From a bacterium (GTDB lineage: Bacteria; Arandabacterota; Arandabacteria; Arandabacterales; JALGWA01), in NCBI GenBank assembly GCA_050125095.1, contig JASFEA010000038.1, forward strand, positions 1-22,395: a stretch of DNA of 22,395 nucleotides, read 5' to 3'. A program made the position numbers and the translations under genes. Shown here in pieces: positions 6,313 to 14,161 of this stretch (positions are counted from its first letter, which is position 1; each line of letters begins with the position of its first letter). Below the pieces are notes generated by a model that saw only the letters and a list, made by a program, of their open reading frames with translations, was not told the DNA's origin and made no database searches.

Positions 6313-8933
6313 GGCTTGTTCACCTTGGCGGATCCGGAGTTTCCGCCCCGCGGCCTTCGCGGCCTGCCGCTCCTGCGGCTCTGTTTGCGCCTATCTCCCG
6401 CGCTCTTCCCGGAGTCCCGATGCCGCCCACGACGGGGCTTATTCCCGGTTTCCGAGCCGGCCTTTTCATTTGTCCCGGCTCTTGTCCCGCCCCCGGCCCT
6501 GGCCTTGGTCCTGGCCTTGGTCCCGGCCTCATCCTTGGCCCCGGCCCTGTATTCCGTCTTCCGGCGCTTTTGCCCTTCCGGCTTTGCGGCAGCTTTCTTT
6601 CCGGGCTTCGCACCCGGTCGGGGCTTGCGCCCGCGCCCGGGCCTGACGCCGCCCTTGCCCTTGGGCGTGGCGGCGCGCCTTTCACTTCTCTCCTCTTTGG
6701 CGTCCCTGCGCGCGCGGACGGCCTTGGCGCGCTTGGCGCCCTCCTCCGTCCTCTTGAAGATCTCACGTCTCTTCGCCTTGCGTTTCGGCTCGGTGTAGAA
6801 GGGCATCTCGCCTTCCCGCCCCTCGCGCGCCAGCAGCATGAAGTCGATTTCGCGCTTCATGCGGTCGACTCGCACCACCTTCACCTTCACCCTGTCGCCG
6901 ACGGAGAACTGAGTTCCGGTGCGCGTACCGAACAGCGCGGTCTTGGTTCTATCCAGCGTGTAATAGTCCTTGCCGAGGGTTGAGACATGGACGAGCCCCT
7001 CAGCCAGGTTCTCGTCGAGAATAACGAAGAAACCGAAATCCAGTATTCCCGATATCGTGCCCCTGTACTCCTCGCCGATTCGCTGCTCCATGAACTCGCA
7101 CACCCTGGCCTTTATGGCGGCGCGTTCGGCCTCGTCGCCCTCTATTTCCCTTGCCGTGGCAACCGAGCTTGCCCGCTTCACGAATCTCAAGAGCCCGTCG
7201 GTGTCCCGGGGCGAAAGCTTCTTGATGCCGTAACGCTTGAGCAATCTGTGGACAACGAGGTCGGGATACCGTCTGATGGGAGAAGTGAAGTGCGTATAGC
7301 ACCTGCTCGCCAGCCCGAAATGGCCGACGTTTCTCTCGGAGTAAACGGCCTTCTTGAGACTCCTCAGCAGGTACATGGATATGATGAGTTCTTCGGGGCG
7401 CCCCTTGGCCCTTTCGAGCAGCGCCTGAAGCGCGTGAGGCGAAACGCCCTTCGTCCACCTGAAGCGATGGCCGAAGCCGTCGGCGAATACCGAGAGGTCT
7501 CTCATGTCATCCTCATCGGGAACCTCGTGCACCCTGTAGATGAACATCCTCCCCATATAGGACATATGCTCCGCGACGATCTCATTGGCGAGAATCATGA
7601 GCTCCTCGATGAGCCGGTGTGACTCGAGCCTCTTCCCCGGCCTTATTTCAACGGTCCTGCCCGTGGCGTCGACCTTGATGTCGACCTCGGAGGTCTCCAT
7701 CTCTATGGCGCCCCGCGCCTTGCGTTTGTCGTTGAGCGCCCGGGCAATGAAGTTGGCATACTTGAGGGCCTCGGAGACTTTCTTCACCGTCCTGGACGCC
7801 CGCCAGCGGAAACGCTTCTCTATGAGGTTCTGGGCCTCGTCATAGGTGAGGCGCATGTCGCTTCTTATGACGCTCTCCTTTATCTCATATGAGAGCAACC
7901 CGCCCCCCCTGTCGAGTTCCATGAACACGCTGAGGGTCAGCCGCTCCTCCTCGGGCCTCAACGAGGCCAGATCGCCCGACAGCTTGTCGGGGAGCATGGG
8001 TATGACCCTGTCGACGAGGTAAACGCTTCGGCCGCGCGCCAGGGCCTCGTTATCGAGCCGAGAGCCCTCGCGGACATAGTGGCTCACATCGGCGATGTGG
8101 ACTCCCACCCGGAACCTGTCGGTGTCAATCTTCTCTACCGATATTGCGTCGTCGAAATCCTTGGCGTCTTCGGGATCGATGGTGAACGTGAGAAGGCCGC
8201 GGAGATTCTCCCTCCTGGCGACTTCCGATTCGGGGATCGCGTCCGGTATTTTCGTAACCTCTCTTTTGACATCACGCGGGAAGTCAAGGGGCAGGTTATG
8301 CTCCCTCACTATTCTCGCGAAATCCTCGCCGGGGCTGAGTTTACCCCCCAGCACCTCCGAGACGCGGCCGCGCGCCTTCTCGTATGGTTCGCCCCATGTG
8401 TCTATTTTTACAACCACATAATCTCCGGGTTTTGCTTTTGACTTCTTATCGAACATCACTCTCCTGTAGCGCTTTCCGGGTTCGACCCCGATTACCTTTT
8501 CATCGCCCGAGCCGTAAACCTCACCGATGGTTTCCGCGGACGCCTTTTCGATGACCTTGACCACCTGAGCGAGCTTCTCTCCGTCCGGACCATTGACGAT
8601 ACGCGCGGCCACCATGTCGCCGTGCCTGGCGCCTGAGAAATTCCCGGCATTGATGGTGAGTGACGGCGAGCCGTCCGACGGTATGAGGGTCGCCACTTCC
8701 AGCCCGTAGCCCGAGAAGCGCCCGGTGATGTGGCCGGCCCGGCTGGGTAGATAATAACGCCTTCTCCTGCCCAGTACAATCGACCCTTCGGTCTCGAGCT
8801 CGTCGAGAAGGCGCCTGAAGGACTTGAGGTCCTTGGCCCTGACATGGAGCCGACGAGCGATTTCCCTGGCCTTGAGGCCCTGGGAGCTGGCATCGCTCAG
8901 GACTGATACGATATCTTTCCTGGTCGGCTCCAC
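6309..8933 (-). CDS. rnr: Ribonuclease R
   Basis: N-terminal HTH region, catalytic TIDPEDAKDFDDA, VHIADVSHYV, LIEELMILAN, HFTSPIRRYPDL, S1 domain (EGLVHVS...GDRVKVKV) and a long basic C-tail. GTG start. Confidence 0.95.
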   Translation of the reverse strand: MEPTRKDIVSVLSDASSQGLKAREIARRLHVRAKDLKSFRRLLDELETEGSIVLGRRRRYYLPSRAGHITGRFSGYGLEVATLIPSDGSPSLTINAGNFSGARHGDMVAARIVNGPDGEKLAQVVKVIEKASAETIGEVYGSGDEKVIGVEPGKRYRRVMFDKKSKAKPGDYVVVKIDTWGEPYEKARGRVSEVLGGKLSPGEDFARIVREHNLPLDFPRDVKREVTKIPDAIPESEVARRENLRGLLTFTIDPEDAKDFDDAISVEKIDTDRFRVGVHIADVSHYVREGSRLDNEALARGRSVYLVDRVIPMLPDKLSGDLASLRPEEERLTLSVFMELDRGGGLLSYEIKESVIRSDMRLTYDEAQNLIEKRFRWRASRTVKKVSEALKYANFIARALNDKRKARGAIEMETSEVDIKVDATGRTVEIRPGKRLESHRLIEELMILANEIVAEHMSYMGRMFIYRVHEVPDEDDMRDLSVFADGFGHRFRWTKGVSPHALQALLERAKGRPEELIISMYLLRSLKKAVYSERNVGHFGLASRCYTHFTSPIRRYPDLVVHRLLKRYGIKKLSPRDTDGLLRFVKRASSVATAREIEGDEAERAAIKARVCEFMEQRIGEEYRGTISGILDFGFFVILDENLAEGLVHVSTLGKDYYTLDRTKTALFGTRTGTQFSVGDRVKVKVVRVDRMKREIDFMLLAREGREGEMPFYTEPKRKAKRREIFKRTEEGAKRAKAVRARRDAKEERSERRAATPKGKGGVRPGRGRKPRPGAKPGKKAAAKPEGQKRRKTEYRAGAKDEAGTKARTKARAGGGTRAGTNEKAGSETGNKPRRGRHRDSGKSAGDRRKQSRRSGRPRRPRGGNSGSAKVNKP

Positions 8934-8943
8934 TTAAGGACCA

Positions 8944-9039
8944 CTATCTCTTTTTCTTCTTATGCCGGTCTCGTCTCAGTCTTTTTTTACGCTTGTGCGT
9001 CTTGATCTTCTGCTTTTTACGCTTTCGTCCGCAAGGCAA
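8944..9039 (-). CDS. 30S ribosomal protein bS22 (AURKAIP1/COX24/mS38-like), 31 aa; not in the ORF track
   Basis: Read by hand: TTG CCT TGC GGA CGA AAG ... AGA TAG = MPCGRKRKKQKIKTHKRKKRLRRDRHKKKKR. GGAGGTG RBS at 9054-9048, 8 nt before TTG. Matches the MPxGxKRKxxKxxTHKRKKRxRxxRHKKK pattern of Bacteroidetes-type bS22. Confidence 0.88.
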   Translation of the reverse strand: MPCGRKRKKQKIKTHKRKKRLRRDRHKKKKR

Positions 9040-9087
9040 CTACAAAACACCTCCATTCACCCAGTATCAGTATATTTAAGCTATTAC

Positions 9088-9366
9088 TCAGGCGGAGTCA
9101 ACAAGCTTGATAAACTGTCTCGAAGCCTTGAAATAGGGAACGACCTTTTCAGGCACCTGCACCCGCTCACCCGTCCTCGGATTCCGGGCCATCCTTGCCT
9201 TCTTGGTCTTTACCTTGAAACTGCCGAAACCCCTGATTTCGATGCGTTCCCTGTCTGCTAGGGCCTGTGATATCGTCTCAAGGAGTAAGTCAACCACAAC
9301 GCCGACGTCGCGCTTGGTAAGACCCGTCGCGTTAGCCACCTCTTCGACAATGTCGGCCTTAGTCAT
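9088..9366 (-). CDS. ihfB: HU/IHF-family DNA-binding protein (IHF-beta-like)
   Basis: MTKADIV start, RIEIRGFGSF, ARNPRTGE and VPYFKAS; AAGGAGGG RBS. The family is certain; IHF-beta versus HU is less so. Confidence 0.85.
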   Translation of the reverse strand: MTKADIVEEVANATGLTKRDVGVVVDLLLETISQALADRERIEIRGFGSFKVKTKKARMARNPRTGERVQVPEKVVPYFKASRQFIKLVDSA

Positions 9367-9394
9367 CGTGTACCCTCCTTAGCAGGAACTCCCT

Positions 9395-9622
9395 TTAGCC
9401 ACAAGAACTGCAGTTCCTGGTGGCGCATGAAGTACAGGCGTTTGAACTCTTGCCGTCCGGCCCCGCCCCGGTTGCAGCCGAACCTACGCTAAAGCAGGAA
9501 AGCAGCTTGTTCACTTTGGCCGAGGAACACTCGGGACAAGTGACTCTCTCAGAGGTATCGCCTGAGCAGATTACCTCAAATACCTTCTTGCACTTAGCGC
9601 ATTCATATTCGAATATAGGCAA
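9395..9622 (-). CDS. FmdB-family zinc-ribbon protein
   Basis: TTG start at 9622 with GAGGG RBS gives MPIFEYECAKC...FE...CPECSS...KLLS, the FmdB CxxC..CxxC signature. Cys-rich tail CTSCATRNCSSC. Confidence 0.85.
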   Translation of the reverse strand: MPIFEYECAKCKKVFEVICSGDTSERVTCPECSSAKVNKLLSCFSVGSAATGAGPDGKSSNACTSCATRNCSSCG

Positions 9623-9652
9623 AGTAATACCCTCTACTCTTTTGCCCAAAGC

Positions 9653-9700
9653 AAGTTAGCAAATCCCGCAAGAACTTGTCAAACTTATTTTAATAAAAAG
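9653..9700 (-). promoter_or_regulatory. sigma70-type promoter with AT-rich upstream (UP-like) tract
   Basis: TTGACA (9682-9677), 18-nt spacer ending TGC, TAACTT (9658-9653), i.e. an extended -10. An almost pure A/T tract lies immediately upstream of the -35. Confidence 0.6.
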
Positions 9701-9702
9701 AC

Positions 9703-10587
9703 TTACCTGAATGAATATTCCAGGGAAGCGCTTGAATTGGCCATCCTGGAGGCGGTCCCCACGAGTTCCTCTATGAGATCCCATATGGTCCAGAGGTCTT
9801 TGCGCGGCTTGACCACCGTGGGTTTGCCGCTTATGCCGCCCATATCGGCGGCGAGATCGATGGCGTCCCTGAGGCCACCCAGCCTGTCCACCAGGCCCAT
9901 CTCGAGGGCCTGACGCCCTGTGTATACGCTGCCGTCCGCTATCTTCTTGACTTCGTCTACGGTCATGTTCCTTTCCGTCGAGACCACGGAAACGAACTGG
10001 TCGTAGACATCGAACAATATCTCCTCCAGAAGCGCCCGCTCGCGGTCGGTCATCGGCCTCGCGAATGAGCCCGTATCCTTGAATTCACCGGTCTTGAGGA
10101 CTTCCCATTCGAGCCCGACCTTGCGCATGAGCTCCCGGGCCATGGGGAAATTCATTATCACGCCGATGCTCCCGGTGAGCGTCCCGGGATTCGCGAGTAT
10201 CGAGTCCGCCCCGCAGGCGACATAATAGCCGCCGCTGGCCGCGATCCCGCCCATTGAGACGATCACGGGAGTGCCGCTGTCTCTTACATTGCGCAGGGCC
10301 TCGTAGATCTCCTGCGACGCCGCCACTCCGCCGCCGGGGCTCTCCACCCGCACGACCAGAGCTCTTATGCTCGAGTCCTCACCGAAGTCGGTGATCTGTC
10401 CCACATATTCGGTGGGTTCGATAATCGTGCCCGTGATCTCGATGAGACCGACCTTCTTGCCCAGCGAAAGGCCGCCCCCCCGCCCCTCCGGCAACAGACC
10501 GCCGGCCGTCAGGACTATGAAGAAGGCGATCGCCGCGGCTATGAAGACAATTCCTACGAACAGAATGATCCATGACGTGGTTTTCAA
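9703..10587 (-). CDS. sppA: Signal peptide peptidase SppA (36K type, peptidase S49)
   Basis: N-terminal transmembrane helix, VRVESPGG, AASGGYYVA (catalytic Ser), TGSIGV, KTGEFKD and GLVDRLG. TTG start with GAGGTG RBS. Confidence 0.93.
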   Translation of the reverse strand: MKTTSWIILFVGIVFIAAAIAFFIVLTAGGLLPEGRGGGLSLGKKVGLIEITGTIIEPTEYVGQITDFGEDSSIRALVVRVESPGGGVAASQEIYEALRNVRDSGTPVIVSMGGIAASGGYYVACGADSILANPGTLTGSIGVIMNFPMARELMRKVGLEWEVLKTGEFKDTGSFARPMTDRERALLEEILFDVYDQFVSVVSTERNMTVDEVKKIADGSVYTGRQALEMGLVDRLGGLRDAIDLAADMGGISGKPTVVKPRKDLWTIWDLIEELVGTASRMANSSASLEYSFR

Positions 10588-10591
10588 CTTG

Positions 10592-11389
10592 TCACCTCTC
10601 CCGCGAAATGAGTTTCAGAACATCGAGCATCGAGTATATGCCGGGGGCGGCGTCCGCCGCAAAGCGGGCTGCCTTCAGGGCTCCCGCGGCGAAACACTCG
10701 CGCGACAGAGCCATGTGGTCTATCTTGAGCACCTCGCCTTCAAGCGAGAAACTCACCTCGTGCTCGCCTGCGACTCCGCCCGTTCGAATGGAGTGTATGA
10801 ATACTTCGCCGCCTCTTTCCTGTGTTCCCCTGCCGCGGCCCACCTTGACCTCTTTCCCCGTCGCCTTGCCTATGCGTCTCGCGATTTCGATCGCCGTGCC
10901 GCTGGGGACGTCCTTCTTGAAGCGGTGATGCGTCTCGATGATCTCTATGTCGGCCGCTTCGCCGGACAGACCCGCGACCAGCCCGGAAAGAGCGAACAGG
11001 ATATTGACCCCTACAGACATGTTGGGCGCGCTTACGACTGCGGCCTTCTCTGCGATCGAAGCCAGCCTGTCCTCTTTATCGTCAACGCCGGTGGTGCCTG
11101 TCACCAGTGGTCTCGGAGTATTCGCGATCCCGGCGAGCAGCGCATCGAAGCCCGCGGGAAGCGAGAAGTCCACGACTACATCCGCAGGGCCGAGCGCCGC
11201 TGCGGCATCCGCTGTCAACAGCACCTCGTTCTTCGAGTAGCCGGTCCGCACGGCATAGTCGGGGCAGCTCCGGGCGGCTTCCTCGGCCTCGAGCACCGAG
11301 ACTATGCTGAAGTCCTTGTCCTTTTCGACAATCGCGGCCATGGCATGGCCCATCCGCCCCAGCCCGCCCACGACACAGAGCTTCAGCAC
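10592..11389 (-). CDS. dapB: 4-hydroxy-tetrahydrodipicolinate reductase
   Basis: GGLGRMG nucleotide-binding loop, DFS, GTTG, APNMSVGVN and ETHHRFKKDVPSGTA. GTG start at 11389 follows GGAGG, just after the dapA stop. Confidence 0.95.
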   Translation of the reverse strand: MLKLCVVGGLGRMGHAMAAIVEKDKDFSIVSVLEAEEAARSCPDYAVRTGYSKNEVLLTADAAAALGPADVVVDFSLPAGFDALLAGIANTPRPLVTGTTGVDDKEDRLASIAEKAAVVSAPNMSVGVNILFALSGLVAGLSGEAADIEIIETHHRFKKDVPSGTAIEIARRIGKATGKEVKVGRGRGTQERGGEVFIHSIRTGGVAGEHEVSFSLEGEVLKIDHMALSRECFAAGALKAARFAADAAPGIYSMLDVLKLISRER

Positions 11390-11393
11390 GGCG

Positions 11394-12272
11394 CTATCCT
11401 CCCACGAAACCGAGCCCGCCCAGCACGGCGCGGACTTGGCTCTCGCTCTCACCCGATATGGGAACCAGCGGCAGCCTGAGTTCGCCGCTTCCGGCACCCA
11501 TGAGCTTGAGGGCGGCCTTGACAGGACCCGGATTGGTCTCGATGAAGAGCACGTGGAACAGGGGCAGCAGCCTCAGATGTATTCGCCTGGCCTCCTCGGC
11601 GTCACCCGCGAGGAAAGAGCTCACCATGTCGCTGACATCGCCGGGGGCCACATTGCCCGCGACCGAGACCACGCCTCTGGCGCCTACCGCCATCATGGGA
11701 AGCGTGAGCGAGTCGTCGCCCGAGAGAACCGTGATCCTGGTCGACCTGGTGATCCTGGAAACCTGGTCCATCGAGCCGCTGGCTTCCTTGACGGCGACCA
11801 CATTGTCTATGGCCGCCAGCTCGTGGACGGTGTCGGGGTGCATGTTGACACCGGTTCTGCCGGGAACATTGTACAGCACTATCGGCAGGTTGACGCTGGC
11901 TGCAACGGTCTCGTAGTGCTTTATAAGCCCGCCCTGCGTGGGCTTGTTATAATAGGGCGTGATCAGCATCGCGCCGTCGACGCCCATGTCGGCGGCCATC
12001 TTCGTCAGCTCGACCGAAGTTTCCGTGGCATTCGTACCCGTCCCCGGGACGACCTTGACCGACTTGTCGTCGCCCCGCGCCGCCAGCACGGCCTTTATCA
12101 CATCGACGCGCTCTTCGACCGAAAGCGTCGCCGCCTCCCCCGTGCAACCCACCGGCACGAGACCGCTGACGCCTCCTGCGATCAACCTCTCGGCAAGCGC
12201 CCGGACTCCCTCCACGTCAACGCGCCCGTCCTTGAATTCCGTGACCATCGCCACATAAGTGCCTTCAAACAT
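11394..12272 (-). CDS. dapA: 4-hydroxy-tetrahydrodipicolinate synthase
   Basis: GCTGE, PYYNKPTQ, LYNVPGRTG, VKEASG (Schiff-base Lys), SGDD and ETNPGPVK. Confidence 0.97.
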   Translation of the reverse strand: MFEGTYVAMVTEFKDGRVDVEGVRALAERLIAGGVSGLVPVGCTGEAATLSVEERVDVIKAVLAARGDDKSVKVVPGTGTNATETSVELTKMAADMGVDGAMLITPYYNKPTQGGLIKHYETVAASVNLPIVLYNVPGRTGVNMHPDTVHELAAIDNVVAVKEASGSMDQVSRITRSTRITVLSGDDSLTLPMMAVGARGVVSVAGNVAPGDVSDMVSSFLAGDAEEARRIHLRLLPLFHVLFIETNPGPVKAALKLMGAGSGELRLPLVPISGESESQVRAVLGGLGFVGG

Positions 12273-12278
12273 ACGCGC

Positions 12279-13082
12279 TCACTCCTTAATATCCGTCTCC
12301 CCCTCATAGACTATGCGCGCGGGGCCCGTAAGGTAGGCCTCACCCTCCTCGCCCTTGCGGGGGATTTCGACCTGAAGCACATCGCCGGACGCAACGCGGA
12401 AAGCCGACTTGCTCCCGGTGATGTTCTTCGACCTCAGAACCAGGGCCGCGGCCACGCAGCCGCTGCCGCAGGCGAGCGTTTCGCTCTCGACGCCGCGTTC
12501 GTAAGTTCTTATCGGGAATCCATCGCGCCCGCCGGTTTCCACAAAGTCGGCGTTGGCGCCTTCCGGCTGGAATTGAGGGTGCATCCTTATCTCGCGGCCC
12601 AGTCTTTCAACGTCCACCGAGCTCACGTCCTCGCTGAGGAGCACCGCGTGCGGGACGCCTGCCTCGGCAAGCGTAATAAGCCTCGTATCACCCGCCACCT
12701 CCAGCATCTCGTCGCCTATGAGCCTGGGGGCCTCCATGCTTACACGAACGCCGTCCGGCGTCACCTCTCCCAGGTGCCTCCCCGCCCCGGTGCCGAATTC
12801 GACCTTACCCTCGCGTATCTTCTTCTCTATCGCGTATAAGACAAAACACCTCGCCCCGTTGCCGCAGAAGTCGGCTTCCGAACCGTCGCTGTTATAATAG
12901 CGCATGTAAAGCGTCTCTTCGGAGTCATCTACAAATACAAGCCCGTCGGCGCCGATCGCCTTCCGCCGCTCGCAGAGACTTCTGGCCAGCTCGGGCGCCC
13001 GGCCACTGAGGCCCGCGAAGGCAGGGCCCACAAAGATGAAGTCGTTTCCCGAGCCCGCCATCTTGGTGAATCTGATCTTCAA
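12279..13082 (-). CDS. dapF: Diaminopimelate epimerase
   Basis: FTKMAGSGNDF, GADG, NSDGS, CGNGARC and RTYERGVESETLACGSG with both catalytic Cys present. TTG start overlaps the upstream TGA. Confidence 0.95.
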   Translation of the reverse strand: MKIRFTKMAGSGNDFIFVGPAFAGLSGRAPELARSLCERRKAIGADGLVFVDDSEETLYMRYYNSDGSEADFCGNGARCFVLYAIEKKIREGKVEFGTGAGRHLGEVTPDGVRVSMEAPRLIGDEMLEVAGDTRLITLAEAGVPHAVLLSEDVSSVDVERLGREIRMHPQFQPEGANADFVETGGRDGFPIRTYERGVESETLACGSGCVAAALVLRSKNITGSKSAFRVASGDVLQVEIPRKGEEGEAYLTGPARIVYEGETDIKE

Positions 13083-14161
13083 TCGCTATCTCTCCCGGCG
13101 TCCCCCGCGCTGTCCGGCGGCGCCACGTCTTCGGGCATCCCGGGCACGGGGGCGCTCAATATCACTTCAAGGCATGGTTTCACGTCAACCGGACCGGCGA
13201 CCCCGTAGAAAAGCGAATCGCCTTCTCCTATGACAGAGTTCGAGTCAGAATCGGCGTAAAAACCAACCGAGTAGCTCCCGGGCTCCACGCATGTCAGAGC
13301 GAAGGCGCCCTTCTTGTCGCAAATCGTCTCGTAGGAGAGCGCCGAATCCGCATCGGAGCTCGCCCGCACTCCCACCTGAGGGTAAAGCGAAAGCGTCAGG
13401 CTGTCCACACTTCCTTTGACGGCGCCGGTCAGGGTCTCCCTGCACAGCAGTATGTCGACGCCCGACTGTTCGCCGCCACTCAGGAAGTTCACTTTGCCCG
13501 GGAAGCACCCCACGATTTCATCTTCATCGTACTCCGCGTTGGCGTTCTTGTCCATGTACGCCAGCACCCAGTACGATCTTGTGGTGTCGACGAACGGGAC
13601 TTCATAAAGACCGCCGTTGCCCGTCAGCGTGAGGTAAACCGGCTTGTCCCGCGGAAAGCCGGTCCCGATGGCGAGGGTGTCGGCGTCCATAACGACGACT
13701 GCCGCGTCGTCCACCTTGATCTGCTTCCACGTTACCCTGCCGGAGAGCTGACCGGCGTCCAGCGTCACTCCCGTCGAGAATCCCCCGACGAAAGTCGATT
13801 TCATCTTAATACCATGCGAATCCGCAGCCTTGTTGGTCACTGAGACGAGATAGGTGGTATGCGGAACGAGTCCGTCCTCAGGGACAAGCACGTAAGTTCT
13901 GTCGTCCCAGTATCGCTCCCTGTACCGGAGTGGCGGGCTCACCACGATGCCCATCTCCACGGTCCTCTTCTTCATTGGCTCTGAGAAGGTGATGCGGAAG
14001 TCCGAATCGAGGCTCACCTCCGTGGACCCGCTCAACGGCTCCAGCGCTTCGACAAAAGGCGCAGTCTCGTCGGGCGGGCCGCCGGAAGGCATACCGCGCT
14101 TGGCGCAGGTCGCCGCCAGAAGACAGAGTCCCACAAGCAGGAATGTAAGGAGTTTATTCAT
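13079..14161 (-). CDS. Putative lipoprotein with bacterial Ig-like (Big_5) domain and carboxypeptidase-regulatory-like beta-sandwich repeats
   Basis: ATG 14161 overlaps the argF stop (ATGA). Signal peptide followed by CAKRGMPSGGPPDETAP, ITFSEPM, L.PHTTY.V.V and two Dx(D/N)xN loops (DKNANAEYD, DSDSNSVIG). Confidence 0.75.
   Translation of the reverse strand: MNKLLTFLLVGLCLLAATCAKRGMPSGGPPDETAPFVEALEPLSGSTEVSLDSDFRITFSEPMKKRTVEMGIVVSPPLRYRERYWDDRTYVLVPEDGLVPHTTYLVSVTNKAADSHGIKMKSTFVGGFSTGVTLDAGQLSGRVTWKQIKVDDAAVVVMDADTLAIGTGFPRDKPVYLTLTGNGGLYEVPFVDTTRSYWVLAYMDKNANAEYDEDEIVGCFPGKVNFLSGGEQSGVDILLCRETLTGAVKGSVDSLTLSLYPQVGVRASSDADSALSYETICDKKGAFALTCVEPGSYSVGFYADSDSNSVIGEGDSLFYGVAGPVDVKPCLEVILSAPVPGMPEDVAPPDSAGDAGRDSD

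Noticed and set aside
9069..9101. Possible internal promoter for bS22 (TTGACT at 9101-9096)
   Set aside because: At 17-nt spacing the -10 reads TAAATA, and the better TATACT is 21 nt away. Too weak to call, though not excluded.
11390..11497. ORF-track N-terminal extension of dapB
   Set aside because: It overlaps dapA; GTG 11389 has GGAGG and starts the Rossmann fold.
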